Assembly: GCF_009914755.1 (NCBI RefSeq) | Contig: NC_060935.1 | Length of the DNA stretch: 64,000 nucleotides | Direction: 5' to 3' (one strand) | Source: the human T2T-CHM13v2.0 reference genome, Homo sapiens | Shown: one piece after another, positions 32,924-54,014 of the stretch | How the letters are laid out: each line of letters begins with the position of its first letter | Numbering within the stretch: the first letter of the stretch is position 1 | The notes under the pieces: model-generated | The model's input: the letters and a program-made list of their open reading frames with translations, nothing else | Databases searched by the model: none | What the model was told of the DNA's origin: nothing | Position numbers and translations under genes: made by a program

Positions 32924-33298
32924 TGATATGATTTGGCTGTGTCCCCACCGAAATATCATCTTGAATTGTAGTTTCCATAATCTGCACATGTCATGGGAGG
33001 GAACCAGTGGGAGGTAATTGAATCATGGGGGCAGTTACCCTTATGCTGTTCTCATGGTAGTGAGTGAGTTCTCATGAGATCTGATGGTTTTATAAGGGGC
33101 TTTCCTCCCTTTGCTCAGCAATTCTCCTTCCTGCCGCCATGTGTGAAGAAGAATGTGTTTGCTTCTCATTTCACCATGATTGTAATTTTCCTGGGGCCTC
33201 CAAACCCTGTGGAACTATGAGTCAATTAAATCTCTTTCCTTTATAAGTTACCCAGTCTTGGATATGTCTTTATAGCAACCTGAGAAAAGATTAATACA
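32924..33298 (+). mobile_element. THE1D-like solo LTR
   Basis: TGATATG...AATACA; near-TSD TATTT/TATAT. Confidence 0.88.
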
Positions 33299-33597
33299 TA
33301 TATGAACCAGCAATTCACAGAAGATGAAAATTAAATGGCTCTTAAGCATATGAAAAGATGCTCAACCTCACTCATAGTAAGATAAATTTAAACTAAAATT
33401 ACACTGAGATACTATTTCTCACCTACTGGCAAAAATCTAAGAGGTTGACAACACAGTCTATTGGCAAGACTCTGAAAGGACAAGGTCTTTTATACTTGGC
33501 TGGTGGGAATTGCTGGTACACTTGCTATGGAAGGGAATAATGCAAAATTACATTTGAATTTACCTTTTGACCCACCCATCCCACTTCTAAGACTATC

Positions 33598-33958
33598 TGA
33601 TATGATTTGCCTGTGTACCCACCCACATCTCATCTTGAATTGTAGCTCCCACAATTCTCCCGTGTTGTGGGAGAGACCCGGTGGGAGGTAATTGAATGAT
33701 GGGGGTGGGTCTTTCCCATGCTGTTCTTGTGATAGTTAGTAAGTCTCACAAGATCTCATGGTTTTTATAAAGGGGAGTTTCCCTGCCCAAGTTTCTCTTC
33801 TCTTGTCTGCCACCATGTGAGATGTGCCTTTCGCCTTCCACTATGATTGTGAGGCCTTCCCTGCCACATAGAACTATGAGTCCATTAAACTTCTCTTCTT
33901 TGTAAATTGCCCAGTCTCAGGTATGTCTTTTTCAGCACCATGAAAACAAACTAATACA
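33598..33958 (+). mobile_element. THE1B/C-like solo LTR within an L1ME remnant
   Basis: TGATATG...CTAATACA. Confidence 0.85.
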
Positions 33959-34318
33959 TTCTCCAAAAGCTACACTGGCAAAAACCACAAACCCACTTCT
34001 GTATATTATTATATGTATGTACTACTATGCATTATTATTCATACTATTAATAGCACAAGATTGAAAACACCCAAAATGTACATGAATGGGAGGCTGGCTG
34101 AGTAAACCATGACATACTATGGAACAAGGAAGATTCCCTATACATGGATCTGGAGAGAGATCCAGAATATAGTGCTAAGTGAAAAAAAAAAAAAGATGTA
34201 GAACAATATATTCTAACTTTGTCTGAGAAAGTAAAAGAAATAAGAACGTACATGCATATTTAATTATATTTTCTAAAAAACATAAGGATAAAGCAGGCAT
34301 TAAAAAAACAAAGGTTAC

Positions 34319-35509
34319 ATACAGAAAACTGAAACTGGACCCCTTCCTTACACCTTATACGAAAATTAACTTAAAATGGATTAAAGACTTAAATGTAAAA
34401 CCCAAAACCATAAAAACCCTACAAGAAAACCTAGGCAATACCATTCAGGACATAGGCATGGGCAAAGACTTCATGATGAAAACACCAAAAGTAATTGCAG
34501 CAAAAGCCAAAGTTGACAAATGGGATCTAATTAAACTAAAGGGCTTCTGCCCAGCAAAAGAAACTATTATCAGATGAACAGGCAACCTACAGAATGGGAT
34601 AACATTTTTGCAATCTAACCACTTGACAAAGGTCTAATATCCAGAATTTACAAGGAACTTAAACAAATTTACAGGAAAAAAACAAACAACCCTATCAAAA
34701 AGTGGGCAAAGGATATGAAAAGACACCTCTCAAAAGAAAACATTTACACGGCCAACAAACATATGAAAAAAAAACTCAATATCACTGATCGTTAGAGAAA
34801 TGAAAATCAAAACCACAATGCAGTACCATTTCATGCCAGTCAATATGGCAATTATTAAAAAGTCAAGAAACAATAGTTGCTGGTGAGGTTGTGGAGAAAT
34901 AGGAACACTTTTACATTGCTGGTGGGAATGTAAATTAGTTCAACCATTGTGGAAGACAGTATGGCGATTCCTCAAGGATCTAGAACCAGAAATACCATTT
35001 GATCCAGCAAGCCCATTACTGGGTATATACCCAAAGGAATATAAATCATTCTACTATAAAGACACATGCACATGTATGTTTATTGCAACACTACTTACAA
35101 TAGCAAACTCATGGAACCAACACAAATGCCCATCAATGATAGACTGAATAAAGAAAATGTGGTACATATGCACCATGGAATACCACACAGCCATAAAAAG
35201 GAATGAGATCATGTCCTTTGCAGGGACATGGATGAAGCTGAAAGCTATCATCCTTAGCAAGCTAACACAGGAACAGAAAACCAACACTGCATGTTGTCAC
35301 TCATAAGTGGGAGCTGAACAATGAGAACACATGGACACAGGGAGCGGAGCAACACACACCAGGGCCTGCTGGAGTGGGAGGTGAGGAGAGGGAACTTAGA
35401 GGAGGAGTCACTAGGTGCAACAAACCACCATGGCACATATATACCTATATAACAAACCTGCACATTCTGCACATGTATCCCAGAACTTACAGTAAAATAA
35501 AATAAAGAT
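34319..35509 (+). mobile_element. 5'-truncated L1PA8A/10-like element
   Basis: ORF2 C-terminus and 3'UTR; TSD AAAGGTTAC/AAAGATTAC. Confidence 0.88.
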
Positions 35510-35888
35510 AAAGATTACTACTAAGAAAAGAGAGAAAAGGGGTAGAAGGGAAAGTGATGGAAATTGAACCCTGAATATATTTTGTTATAATGACATCATT
35601 GTTATGTAAGAAAATGTCCATAGTTTTTGGAGATGGATAATGAAGTATAGAGGGGAAAACTGACAGGAGGTTTAGAGTTGTTATTTCCCCAGAAAAAGGG
35701 AGTGAGGTGGGATGGGCAGGATGGACTGATGCAAGTGTGGCAGAATATTGATAATTATCTGGATGCTATTTATATTGAGCTGCATATACTACTCTCTCTT
35801 ACATGTGTTGAAAAATTTTAATATTTCACTTAAAAATAATCTGTGATATAATTTTAAAATGCTGAAAAACTTACTTAAAACCTTTTGA

Positions 35889-36391
<503 letters not shown>

Positions 36392-37369
36392 GACAAACTC
36401 TTTCTTTAATTGGTGATGGACAGAAAGGAGAATAGAGAAAATAATGTACACTTGTTGCTAAATGTTATTACTCAGCATCTTTAGACCCAGCCTCAGATCC
36501 ATACCGTCAAGGTCCTAGAAGGATGCCACCTGCCTAGCCACTACTTCACCACTTTCTGAGTGGTGCCACCTTATCGCTTGCAAAAGAAAACATCTTGAGC
36601 ACTTCACCTGTCTTGAATTTAAAATTGCACCTCTGATGAAGCAGTTTGCATGGCTATTGCTCTAGTCCTTATTTTCTGTTCCAGGATCAGCATCTTTCCA
36701 GGCTGACAGGATGAGCAAGAGTACAAATATCCACTTCATTCAGGAGAAACTCCTTCTATTGTCCACAGAGGGATTCTCATAAAGAATGGCCCATGAAAGT
36801 ACAATCTCATCAGATCAATATTTCAACATCAGCACAGTTGAGTTATTTATTCAGATCATCTGTAGACATCAACAGTTTAGTTCCAGGTAAAGTTTAGGAC
36901 CTTATATTTTGGTACATTTTTCAGATTTTCAGATCTCTTGGAGTAAAGACACACTCTCATATATTCATAAGAACAAAAAATAAAGCTGTTTAAATTCAAT
37001 TAAAGAAAAGAAAAATTTTCCCTAAATAAGCAAAAATTCTGCAGATAAGTACTCCCAAAACATACATCAAATTTACATAATCAGACAGAAAACTGAGGTA
37101 CTTCATGCAAAACATCTGCTTTCAGATTGTTTCCATTTTCTCCAAGAACAATGGATGGGTATTGGACATACATTGATATAGATATAGATGTTTATTTGTA
37201 ATAAAAATCTTCAAGTGGTTTTCTCAAAATCAAGTAAGATCTTCCTCGAAGACAAAACAAATCTTCATATTTTATTTTAAAAAACTGCTTTAAGCTAGAA
37301 AAGTACACATATTTGACTTCTATTCATGAAAGTTTAAAAAAAACTCTTGGGGATTAAAATATTCTTGAG

Positions 37370-38980
37370 TAAATGAATGACTGGATGAATTGAATTGAAT
37401 TAACTGAAATCTTATTGAATATCAATTATATGCAAGGCACTGAACCAGGTGATTGGTACACTACTGGAAAAAGAGAAACAAATATGCTACTTGCCCTCCT
37501 GGGACAGCAGCCTAGTGGAGAATATAGGCAACAAATGAACACTCAAATGCAAATTGTGATGAGCAAAATGGATGAAATGAACTTGATGCTAAGATAGAGA
37601 ATAAAGATATATGTGGAGGGGATGATATCTTCTTTAAATAAGATGTCATGGAGGGCCTCTCTGTGGTCATGCCTTTTAAACCAAGATTGAAAATTGAGAT
37701 GGAGACAGATATGTTGAACTGGGGGAGGCACGAGTGTGGAGGCCCTCCTCCTCCAGTGTGCATAAAACTGAAAGAAGGTGTTTAAAGATGAGAGAAGAGA
37801 GGAGAAGCGGGGTTAACTCATGTAGGACACTATAAAGGGTTTAGATTCTACATTGAGTGCAATAGGGGAGCCAGACAGGATTTTAAATAGGGCAGAGATG
37901 AGGGTTGGCAGATATGATTAAATTTACAATTTCAAAAAATTAGTCTGCCTACTATGTGGAGCATAGATAGGAAGGGCACAATGGAGAGAGTCCAGGAGAC
38001 CAGTTAGGAGGTTCTCTCAGGTGAGAGATGAGGGTCAGTTCATGTGAGAAATGAAGGTGACTTGGCCTAGGATGGTGGTATGGAGAGTTGATCTGTAGGT
38101 GGAACTAGATGTGAAGGGTAAGAAAAAGATAAAAATCAAGGGCTGTTTGCTGCTCCTGTCTTCAGGGCACTGATGTAAAGGCTTCTTTCTGTGAATGTGT
38201 GTCCTCTTGGCCTTAGATTCAATGACACTTACAGAATATGATCAAGTGCATATTTTAAAATCTGCAATTCCCCCAGAAGCTAACTAGAAAATGTAGTTGC
38301 TTTCCTTAACCATTATACATCATAACATTTATCCCTACTAGGCAGTAGTCTTAAATATCTTGCTTGCTGGCACTAAGGTCTATTCATTTTTATAGTTTGA
38401 AACACTTGGCCTTCTATGAGAACAAGGTTGATGACCAATATGTTGAATTAAATAAGAGAAATTAAATATTCTCAAAGTCAGCAAGTCAACCCTGGGATAA
38501 TGGTTTCCGAATTTGGGAGTAGCCAAAAAGTCATTAAGAGACAGATATAATAATAATTCTACTTAAAGGCATGATATGGCCATAAATTAGTAAGTGATTT
38601 TCTTTCATGGCTCATAAACTGACTGAAAAGGCTATTCCTAGAGAGGGTTACTGCCTCCTTAGACTCTTGAATCCACACATCAAGCTGAATGTGCTCATTC
38701 ATTGAGCACTTACAATACTTATGGTACTACCTGAGCACTAAAGATATAAAGCTGGAAAAATATGGCCCTTGAGAAGAGTAAGATGACTCCTATATGATTC
38801 ATTCATAGCAATCTATACTTTCTCTATTAAAGCATATATCTGACTTTATTATAATTTCTTATTGGTCTGTCTTGCATTAAACAAGACGTGTATTCCGTGA
38901 AAGCAGAGATGTGTATTTTTTGTTCCTCATTGTATCCCTTGCCTCTAGCAGTGCCTGGTATGTGGTAGGTAGAGAGGACA
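37370..38980. mobile_element. L2 fragments
   Basis: Diverged L2 motifs; boundaries approximate. Confidence 0.5.
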
Positions 38981-39164
38981 TTTGCCTTTGTCTACCCATC
39001 CTTCCTCCCACTTCTTTGCTAAAACAACCCTCTTTCCAGTGAAGCACCCACTCGACATGATTTGATTGGCTCTGACTCCATCTGTCTTGCAAAACAGTTG
39101 CTCACATCAGAGTTCTCCCTGGAACAGTACAGTCAGAGCTCTAGGGGAAAAGGTCTTTCTTTTG

Positions 39165-39560
39165 GGGTTACCCAAGATTCATATGAATGTGCTACTGGCA
39201 GCCATCATGCCTGCCACGTGGATGCTATTGGTGCCTCACCCAGAGCTCCTTCACCAAGCAGATTAGCACAATACTCCCCCATCCCATAGCACTCAGCTCT
39301 TGACTGATGGGAAGCAGGTGCAAAAGGCAGACCCCTTTGCCTCAAGGTAGGATAAACTATGTGTATAGTTTATGCTCCAGATCTCCCCATGGGAAAAGGC
39401 TGAAAGTAGTCTCCAGCTGAGACAGCATCGTTGCTTAGGTTTCTTTCCCTGTCCTATCCTGTTTCCGTCATGCACCTTTTCCTGAAAGTGTTCCTTTAAT
39501 AAATCATTGTCATAAGAATCCCTGTCTCAGGCTCTATTTCTAGGGAACTTAACCCAATCA
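39165..39560 (+). mobile_element. LTR16-like (ERVL) LTR
   Basis: cctttgcctcaaggtaggataa...aataaatca...ctcaggctctatttctagggaac. Confidence 0.6.
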
Positions 39561-40450
39561 GCCTGAAATTTCATCATGTTTTTCCTTGCGTTTTTTAGTT
39601 AGGTGAGTGAGTTTGTTTAAGCTACTTGAATTTTAGTTTCTGTTATTTGCATCTTAGAGTCCCGGCATTAAGCAGAATTCTATAAATATTTGTTGAATAA
39701 GTATATTAATTTATAAAGAAAGTGGAAAAATTGGTGAGATCGAAAACATGGTGAGCTGGTTTGTTTAATCTATTTGGATTGGGTTTCTGCCATTTGCATC
39801 TTGAAGAGTTCTGACATTCAGCAGGCATTCTATATATGTTTGCTGAATAAGTATATTGAATTATAAATAGAGTGAAATGAAAATATAGATGAGGATGTAA
39901 TGAATTCCATCTAGTGTTTTAAGGAGAAATCATAATTTACATTTATTTGAGCCCATACTTATTCATAAGTATAAATAGCAGACCAGCAGGAGGATGAGTA
40001 GTGGGGGCGTTCTAGGCCAAAGGAATCTTTGTAAGAACAAAGGTTTGGCAATGTTAAAGTACACAGTGTTTGAGAAAAAATTGAGTTGTTCTACATCGGT
40101 AGAGTGAAGAGGTTAAAAAAAAAAGAAAAGGAAAAAAAACCTATTTTGTTGAATCAGCAAGTCTATGTGATTGTATAGGACAGAAAGTAAACCATCACTT
40201 CCATGTCTTACCAAGGTCATGAACTGATGCTGACAGGTGGGCTCTTAAAGAAGGTACAAGATGTACAGGTAACACTGACGTATTTGAGATGCAATGGCAA
40301 AGAGATAGCAGCCATTGTAATCAAGCTGTGACTGTTAGTCATGGTCACAGAAAATCAGGGTAAAGATCTGCTGAGGCTTACTGATTCTGAAGGGTGTTGC
40401 ATGTGTTCTACAACACATGGGAGCTCAGTGTACACACATCAGTCTCTCTC

Positions 40451-40750
40451 TTTTTTTTTTTTTTTGAGATGGAATCTTACTCTGTCATTCAGGGTAGAGT
40501 GCAGTGGTATGTGATCTCAGCTCACTGCAACCTCTGCCTCCCGTGTTCAAGTGAGTCTCGTGCCTCAGCCTCCAAAGTAGCTGGAATTACAGGTGCATGC
40601 CACCACACCTAGCTAATTTTTGTATTTTTAGTAGAGACGGGGTTTCACCATATTGGCCAGGCTAGTCTCAAACTCCTGACCTTAAGTGATCCACCTGTCT
40701 CAGCCTCCCAAAGTACTGGGATTACAGGCATGTGCCACGGCACCCAGCGT
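40451..40750 (-). mobile_element. AluS, TSD CATCAGTCTC
   Basis: Reverse Alu with flanking duplication. Confidence 0.9.
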
Positions 40751-41289
40751 CCCATCAGTCTCCTTTATATCCCTTTGTCCTGATCTGCTTCACCTGGGTA
40801 ATGCAAGAGCTGGCCTGTCTAAGGGAAACTAAATCTATTCGGGTTATGTTAAGCCATCACCAAAGTCATTAGTTATTTGTAGAAAGCAATATTTATCCAG
40901 TATTATTCATATTGATTTCTCATAATAATGCCTACTCCCAAAATGTATAATATTAACCTATATTTATATGGCCAGATGCTTTCATGTGAATTATTCTATT
41001 CAGTTTTCACAACTATTCAACAAAGATAAAAGAAGTTTAAACTTTGCCAAAGTAACCAGGCTTTGAACCATGTCTTCTCTCTTCAAGTTCATGCCTCCTT
41101 CTACTACCTCGGGAGTAGTCTCATGGTGGTCCCTATGGCCACTCAAAAAATATTTGCTAAGATGAGCTGAAACAGCAACATTAGTTGTTGGTTCTTGTAT
41201 CTCTGTGCTCTTCAAAATAATGGCCTTCTTCATCAGACACTTGCCTCACACTCAAGGAACCAAGTTTTCCTTGACAGTAAGCCCTCTTT

Positions 41290-42400
41290 TTCAGCTGCTT
41301 CTCTTGCTGAAAGACCCTGACCTTTATCCTAAATGCGTATTGATATTGCCATTTGGGTATTTTCTAGGCATGTCAAACTTAAAATGTCTAAATAGAATGC
41401 TTGATTTTTTTTTTGCCTATATATTCTCGTCTTCTCTGACTCTTCATCATTTCAGCAAATGGTGCTACTATCCAGTGAGTTATTAAAGCTGGAAACTTGA
41501 ATGTAAACCAGTTAATTCACTTCCAAAGTATATAGTCTGTTCACACCTATTTATTTATTTTTCTTTCTTTTTTCTTTCTCTTTTTAAAATGGAGATAGGG
41601 TCTCACTGTGTTGCCAAGGCTGGTCTCAAACTCCTGTGTTCAAGTGATCCTCCCACTTCAGCCTCCCGGTAACTGAGACTACAGGTATGTGCCACTATGC
41701 CTGGCTTTCTCCATTTATTTCCACTAGTGCCATTGTCGTCAAAGACACCCTTCTTTCATTTTGGCAGCTGGAGTAACCTCCTAACTAGACTTCCTGATTC
41801 TACTTTTATTTGCCCTATATGCCAAACCCATTCTACGCACATCGGCCAGAGTCAGTTTTTAAAAATGTAGATCAGATTACAACAGCCTTTAGTTTAAAAT
41901 CATTTAATGGCTTTCTACTGGACTTTGGGTAAATCAGCTATTGAGTAACCCTGTGACACATTGCCTGCTTACCTGTCCTTAGTATACTCTGGTCACATTA
42001 GCTTTCTATCAGTTGCTAGGGTACATTTAGCTCTTTCTTGCCTCAGGGATTTTGCCATTGTACATTCTCTGTTTCGAATGCTCTTGATGGGGCAAATTCT
42101 CCCTTATTCTTCATGACTTGACACAATTTTAACTCTTCAAAGAGGCTTTCTGTGAAACTCTTGTCTCAAGTAGTTGTTTCTGGTCTTCTGAATTATGGTA
42201 CATTTTGCTTTTCTTTATAGCAATCTGCAATTATTTTCTATAATTATTTTATTATTTAGGAAATTCCTTATACTACATCTCTAATGAAATAAAGTGAACT
42301 TCACGAAGGCAGAGAGTGGCATTGTCTGGTGTTGAGTATATCATTAATTCTTGGCATGCAGTAGGCCCTTAAGAAATATTCTTTAAATGAATAAATAATT
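41290..42400. mobile_element. L2 remnant with an Alu monomer (~41550-41705)
   Basis: L2 motifs; reverse Alu monomer. Confidence 0.55.
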
Positions 42401-42672
42401 GATCTACCATCTAATGGAGAATACTGTGAGATCCAGTATTTATCCTTGCCCTCATGCCATTAAGGTGACTACTCACCTAGCCCAGGTCAGATAGAAAGTG
42501 TAGCAGAAGGTAGGGGATTACAGAAAAGGAACCACCTATCAGTCTTGTTGTAGTGGAAACACTACAGGATTTAGAGTTAAAAGAACTGCATTCTAATTCA
42601 CCTGGGCTGCTTGGAAGAACCTCTAAACTTTCTGAGCCTCAATTCCCTCATGTGTGAGAACAGGGATCATGA

Positions 42673-43085
<413 letters not shown>

Positions 43086-43109
43086 TTACAGGTTTTTTTG
43101 TGATGATTA

Positions 43110-43200
43110 ACTGATATATATATATCAATTATATATGTATGTATATGACATATATATGCATATGTCATATATATGCATATATATGATATATATGTCAGTT
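43110..43200. repeat. (TA)-rich quasi-palindromic simple repeat
   Basis: TATA/CATA/TATG reiterations bounded by AACTGA...TCAGTT. Confidence 0.8.
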
Positions 43201-43395
43201 TCAGATACATGATAAATCTCCTTAAATGCCTACGTCATAGAAGTTAGAGTCGAATAAATTTAAAGAACATTGCCCATTCAAAGCAACTCTGAAGAAGAAC
43301 AAAGTTAGAGGACTCATTCTTTGTGATTTCAAAGCTTGTGGCAAAGCTATAATAATCAAGAGAGTGTGATACTGCCATAAGACTACATGTATAGA

Positions 43396-49802
<6,407 letters not shown>

Positions 49803-49830
49803 ACCAGTAATAATAATTTTTAAAAGCCTA

Positions 49831-50040
<210 letters not shown>

Positions 50041-51256
50041 TTACACTTAAGAACTATTTAAACATACAATCATATGTAAATAATATGTCATTAAAGCTGA
50101 TGTGAAGACCCCTTCTCTCCCCAAAAAAACTCATTTAAAAGTGAAAAAATTGAGGTCTAAAGGTAGGTGATCACTCAATTAGCAGAAGTTAGAAGTTCAT
50201 CCAGCATTAGAACCAGTCCTTGACTCTTTATCTACGGTCCCTTGTATTACAGTTTGTAGCTGATTATCTTAAAAAGGAAAACATCAGATATACTTTCATT
50301 TATTTACCCTCCCCACCCCCCATCTCCTATTTGCAAGATCTTTTTGGGAAGATGATAATTAAATGTTTGTCTTCTTGTGTTTGTCCTCTATTGAGCTCAA
50401 CCTGGGATCAAACCTGTGAATAAATAATATATTGAATTCCTCAGTCGAGTGACAGTTTGTCTTTTAGTATTTATATCTCTTTAGTAGTAGAGGATTGGTA
50501 ATTCCTTCTACTAGTTTAACAGGCTAAGAAGAAGTAAGAAAGTCTCAGACAGTGGTTTGATAAAAACGAATGATGTTGTTTCTAGGTTTGTGAATTCTTT
50601 TATGTTGTCTTGTTCCAAGAGAGCAAATACTTTGGAACTCAGAAGTATTTGGGTTTCCTGTGAAGGCCACTTTGCAGACTTCATATGGAAAATACAGGGG
50701 AGCCCCCTGGTGTAACTTCTTGTTATTGACTTGAGTAATGCCCCCATCGAGTGGAGCAAAGAGAACCTGGTGGTAGGGTGGTTGGTAGAAGGGATGAAAC
50801 CTGGAATAAAGGGTATTTTGACATCTTGCTGATTCAAATGCTCCTTACACTTGTGTGATGAACTTTATAATTAAAAGTTCATCACACTTTAATTCTACAG
50901 GTGACTTTAGAATTAAAAGTTATATGTTACAGTATGGTTTACAAAGGGCATTTGTTTAAATTATTAGGTTCAATTTACTAATGGTTTTATGGAGTAGGTA
51001 TTACAATTTAAATTTTACAAATTAGGAAAGTGAAGCTTAGAGATGCAGAGATTGACTCGAAATAACTTTTTAGAAAGCACTTTAAAATTGAATAGCTTCT
51101 ATTTTGTACCACAGCCTTGGCCAGGTTCCAGGGAAACAAGTTTTAGAACCTCAATGTTGGGTGTAGATGTGTACAGTAATTATAATACACAGAAAATACA
51201 GTTGAGGAAAGCCCTAACTGTGATAGGGAGAATTGGGAAATATTTCCCAAAAGCAG

Positions 51257-54014
51257 TGATATCGTTTGGCTGTGTCCCCACCCAAATCTCGTCTTGTATT
51301 GTAGTTCCCATAATCCTCACATGTCATGGAAGGGACCTGGTGGGAAGTAATTGAATCACGGGGCCTGTTACCCCCATACTGCTCTTTTCATGACAGTGAG
51401 TGAGTTCTCATGAAATCTGATGGTTTTATAAGGGACTTTTCCCCCTTTGCTTAGCACTTCTTCCTGCTGCCATGTAAAGAAGGACATGTTTGCTTCTCCC
51501 TCCACCATGATTGTAAGTTTCCTGAGGCCTCCCCAGCCCTGTGGAACTGTTAGTCAATTAAGTCTCTTTCCTTTATAAATTACCCAGTCTCGGGCAGTTC
51601 TTTATAGCAGCATGAAAATGGACTAATACAGTAAATTCGTACTGGGTAGTGGAGTGCTGCTGTAAACAAACAAGAAAATGTGGAAGAGACTTTGGAACTG
51701 GGTAATGGGCAGAGGTGGAACAGTTTGGAGGGCTTAGAAGAAGACAGTGAAATGTGGGAAAGTTTAGAACTTCCTAGAGACTTGTTGAATGGCTTTGACC
51801 AACATGCTGATAGTGATATGGATAATAAAGTCCAGGCTGAGGTGGTATCAGATGGAGATGAGGAACTTTTTGAGAACTGGAATAAAGGTGACTTTGCTAT
51901 ACATTAGCAAGGAGACTGGTGGCATTTTACGTCTGCCCAAGAGATCTGTGGATTGTTGAACTCAAGAGAGATAATTTAGGGTATCTGGCAGAAGAAATTT
52001 CTAAACAGCAAAGCATTCAAGATGTGACAGTGTGCTCTTAAAAGCATTCAGTTGGCCGGGTGCAGTGGCTCATGCCTGTAATCCCAGCACTTTGGGAGGC
52101 TGAGGTGGGTAGATCATGAGCTCAGGAGATCGAGACCATCCTGGCTAACATGGTGAAACCCCATCTCTACTAAAAATACAAAAAAAAAATTAGCCAGGAG
52201 TGGTGGCAAGTGCCTGTAGTCCCAGCTACTCAGGAGGCTGAGGTGGGAGAATGGCATGAACCCAGGAGGTGGAGCTTGCAATGAGCTGAGATTGCATCAC
52301 TCCACTCCAGCCTGGGTGACAGAGCAAGACTCTGTCTCAAAAAAGTAAAAAATAAAAATAAAAAATAAAAAGGCATTCAGTTTTACATATTCACAAAGAT
52401 ATGGTTTGGAATTGGAACTTAATGTTTAAAAGGGAAGCAGAGCATAAAAGTTTAGAAAATGCGCAGCCTGACAATGCAATAGAAAAGAAAAACCCATTTT
52501 CTGAGGATAAATTCTAGCCAGTTGCAGAAATTTACAGAAGTAACAAGGAGGCAAATGTTAATCACCAAGACAATGGGGAAAATGTCTCTAGGATATTTCA
52601 GAGGTCTTCATGGCTGCCCCTCCCATCACAGGCCCAGAGGCCTAGGAGGAAAAAAATGGTTTCACAGGCCAGGCCCAGAGCCTTGCTGTTTTTTGCAGTT
52701 TTGCGACTTGCTGCCCTGTGTACCAGCTGTGGCTAAAAGAGGCCAACATACAGCTTAGTCCATTGTTTCAGAGGGTGCAAGCCCCAAGCCTTGGCAGCTT
52801 ACATATGGTGTTCAGCCTGTGAGTGCACAGAAGTCAAGAATTGAGGTTTTGGAACGTCCACCTAGATTTCACAGGATGTATGGAAATGCCTGGATGTCCA
52901 GACAGAAGTTTGCTGCAGGCATGGAGCCCTCATGGAGAACCTCTGCTAGGGAAGTATGGAACAGAAATGTGGGGTCAAAGCCCCCACAGAGTCCCCACTG
53001 GAGCACTGCCTAGTGGAGCTGTGAGAAGAAGACCACTGTCCTTCAGGCCCCAAAATGGTAGATCCATCTACAGCTTGCATTGTGTGACTGGAAAAATCAG
53101 ATACTCAAAGCTAGCCCATGAAGGCAGCTGAGAGGGGGGCTGTACCCTACCAAGCCATGGGGCAGAGCTGCCTAAGGCCATGGGAATCCACCTCTTGCAT
53201 CAGCATGACCTGGATGTGAGAGGTGAAGTCAAAGGAGATTGTTTTGGAACTTTAAGGTTTATTTACTGCTTATTGGATTTCAGACTTTCATGGGGCCTCT
53301 AACCCCTTTGTTTTGGCCACTTTCTCCCATTTGGAACAGGTGTATTTGCCCAATGCCTGTACCCCTATTGTATCTAGGAAGAAACTAACTTGCTTTTGAT
53401 TTTGCAGGCTTATAGGTGGAAGGGACTTGCCTGTCTTAGATGAGACTTTGGACTTGGACTTTTGTGTTAATGCTGGAATCAGTTAAGACTTTGGAGGACT
53501 GTTGGAAGGGTGTGATTGTGTTTTGAAATGTGAGGACATGAAATTTGGAAGGGGCCAGGGGCAGAATGATATGGTTTGGCTGTGTCCCCACCCAAATCTC
53601 TTCTTGAATTCTGATGTGCTGTGGGAGGGACCCAGTGGGAAGTAATTGAGTCATGGGGATGGGTCTTACCCACGCTCTTCTTATAATAGTGAATAAGTCT
53701 CATGAGATCTGATGGTTTTAAAAAGAGGAATTCCCCTGCATAAGCTCTGTCTCTTTGCCTGCCACCATCCACATAAGATGTGATTTGCTCCTCCTTACCT
53801 TCCACCATGATTGTGAGGCTTCCCCAGCCACGTGGAACTGTGAGTTCTCCATTAAACCTCTTTGCTTTGTCTCGGGTATGTATTTATCAGCAGCATGAAA
53901 ATAGACTAATATGGTTCCCATAATTCCAATGTGTTGTGGGAGGAACCTGGTAGGAGGTAATTTAGTCATGGGTGTTGTTACCCCTATACTGGTGTTCACG
54001 TGATAGTAATGAGA
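51257..54014 (+). mobile_element. THE1 (MaLR) provirus: 5' LTR 51257-51630, internal region with AluY-like insert (52054-52368), 3' LTR 53567-53911, LTR remnant to ~54014
   Basis: LTR termini, THE1-int sequence, polypurine tract before the 3' LTR; Alu TSD AAA(A/G)GCATTCAGTT. Confidence 0.88.
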
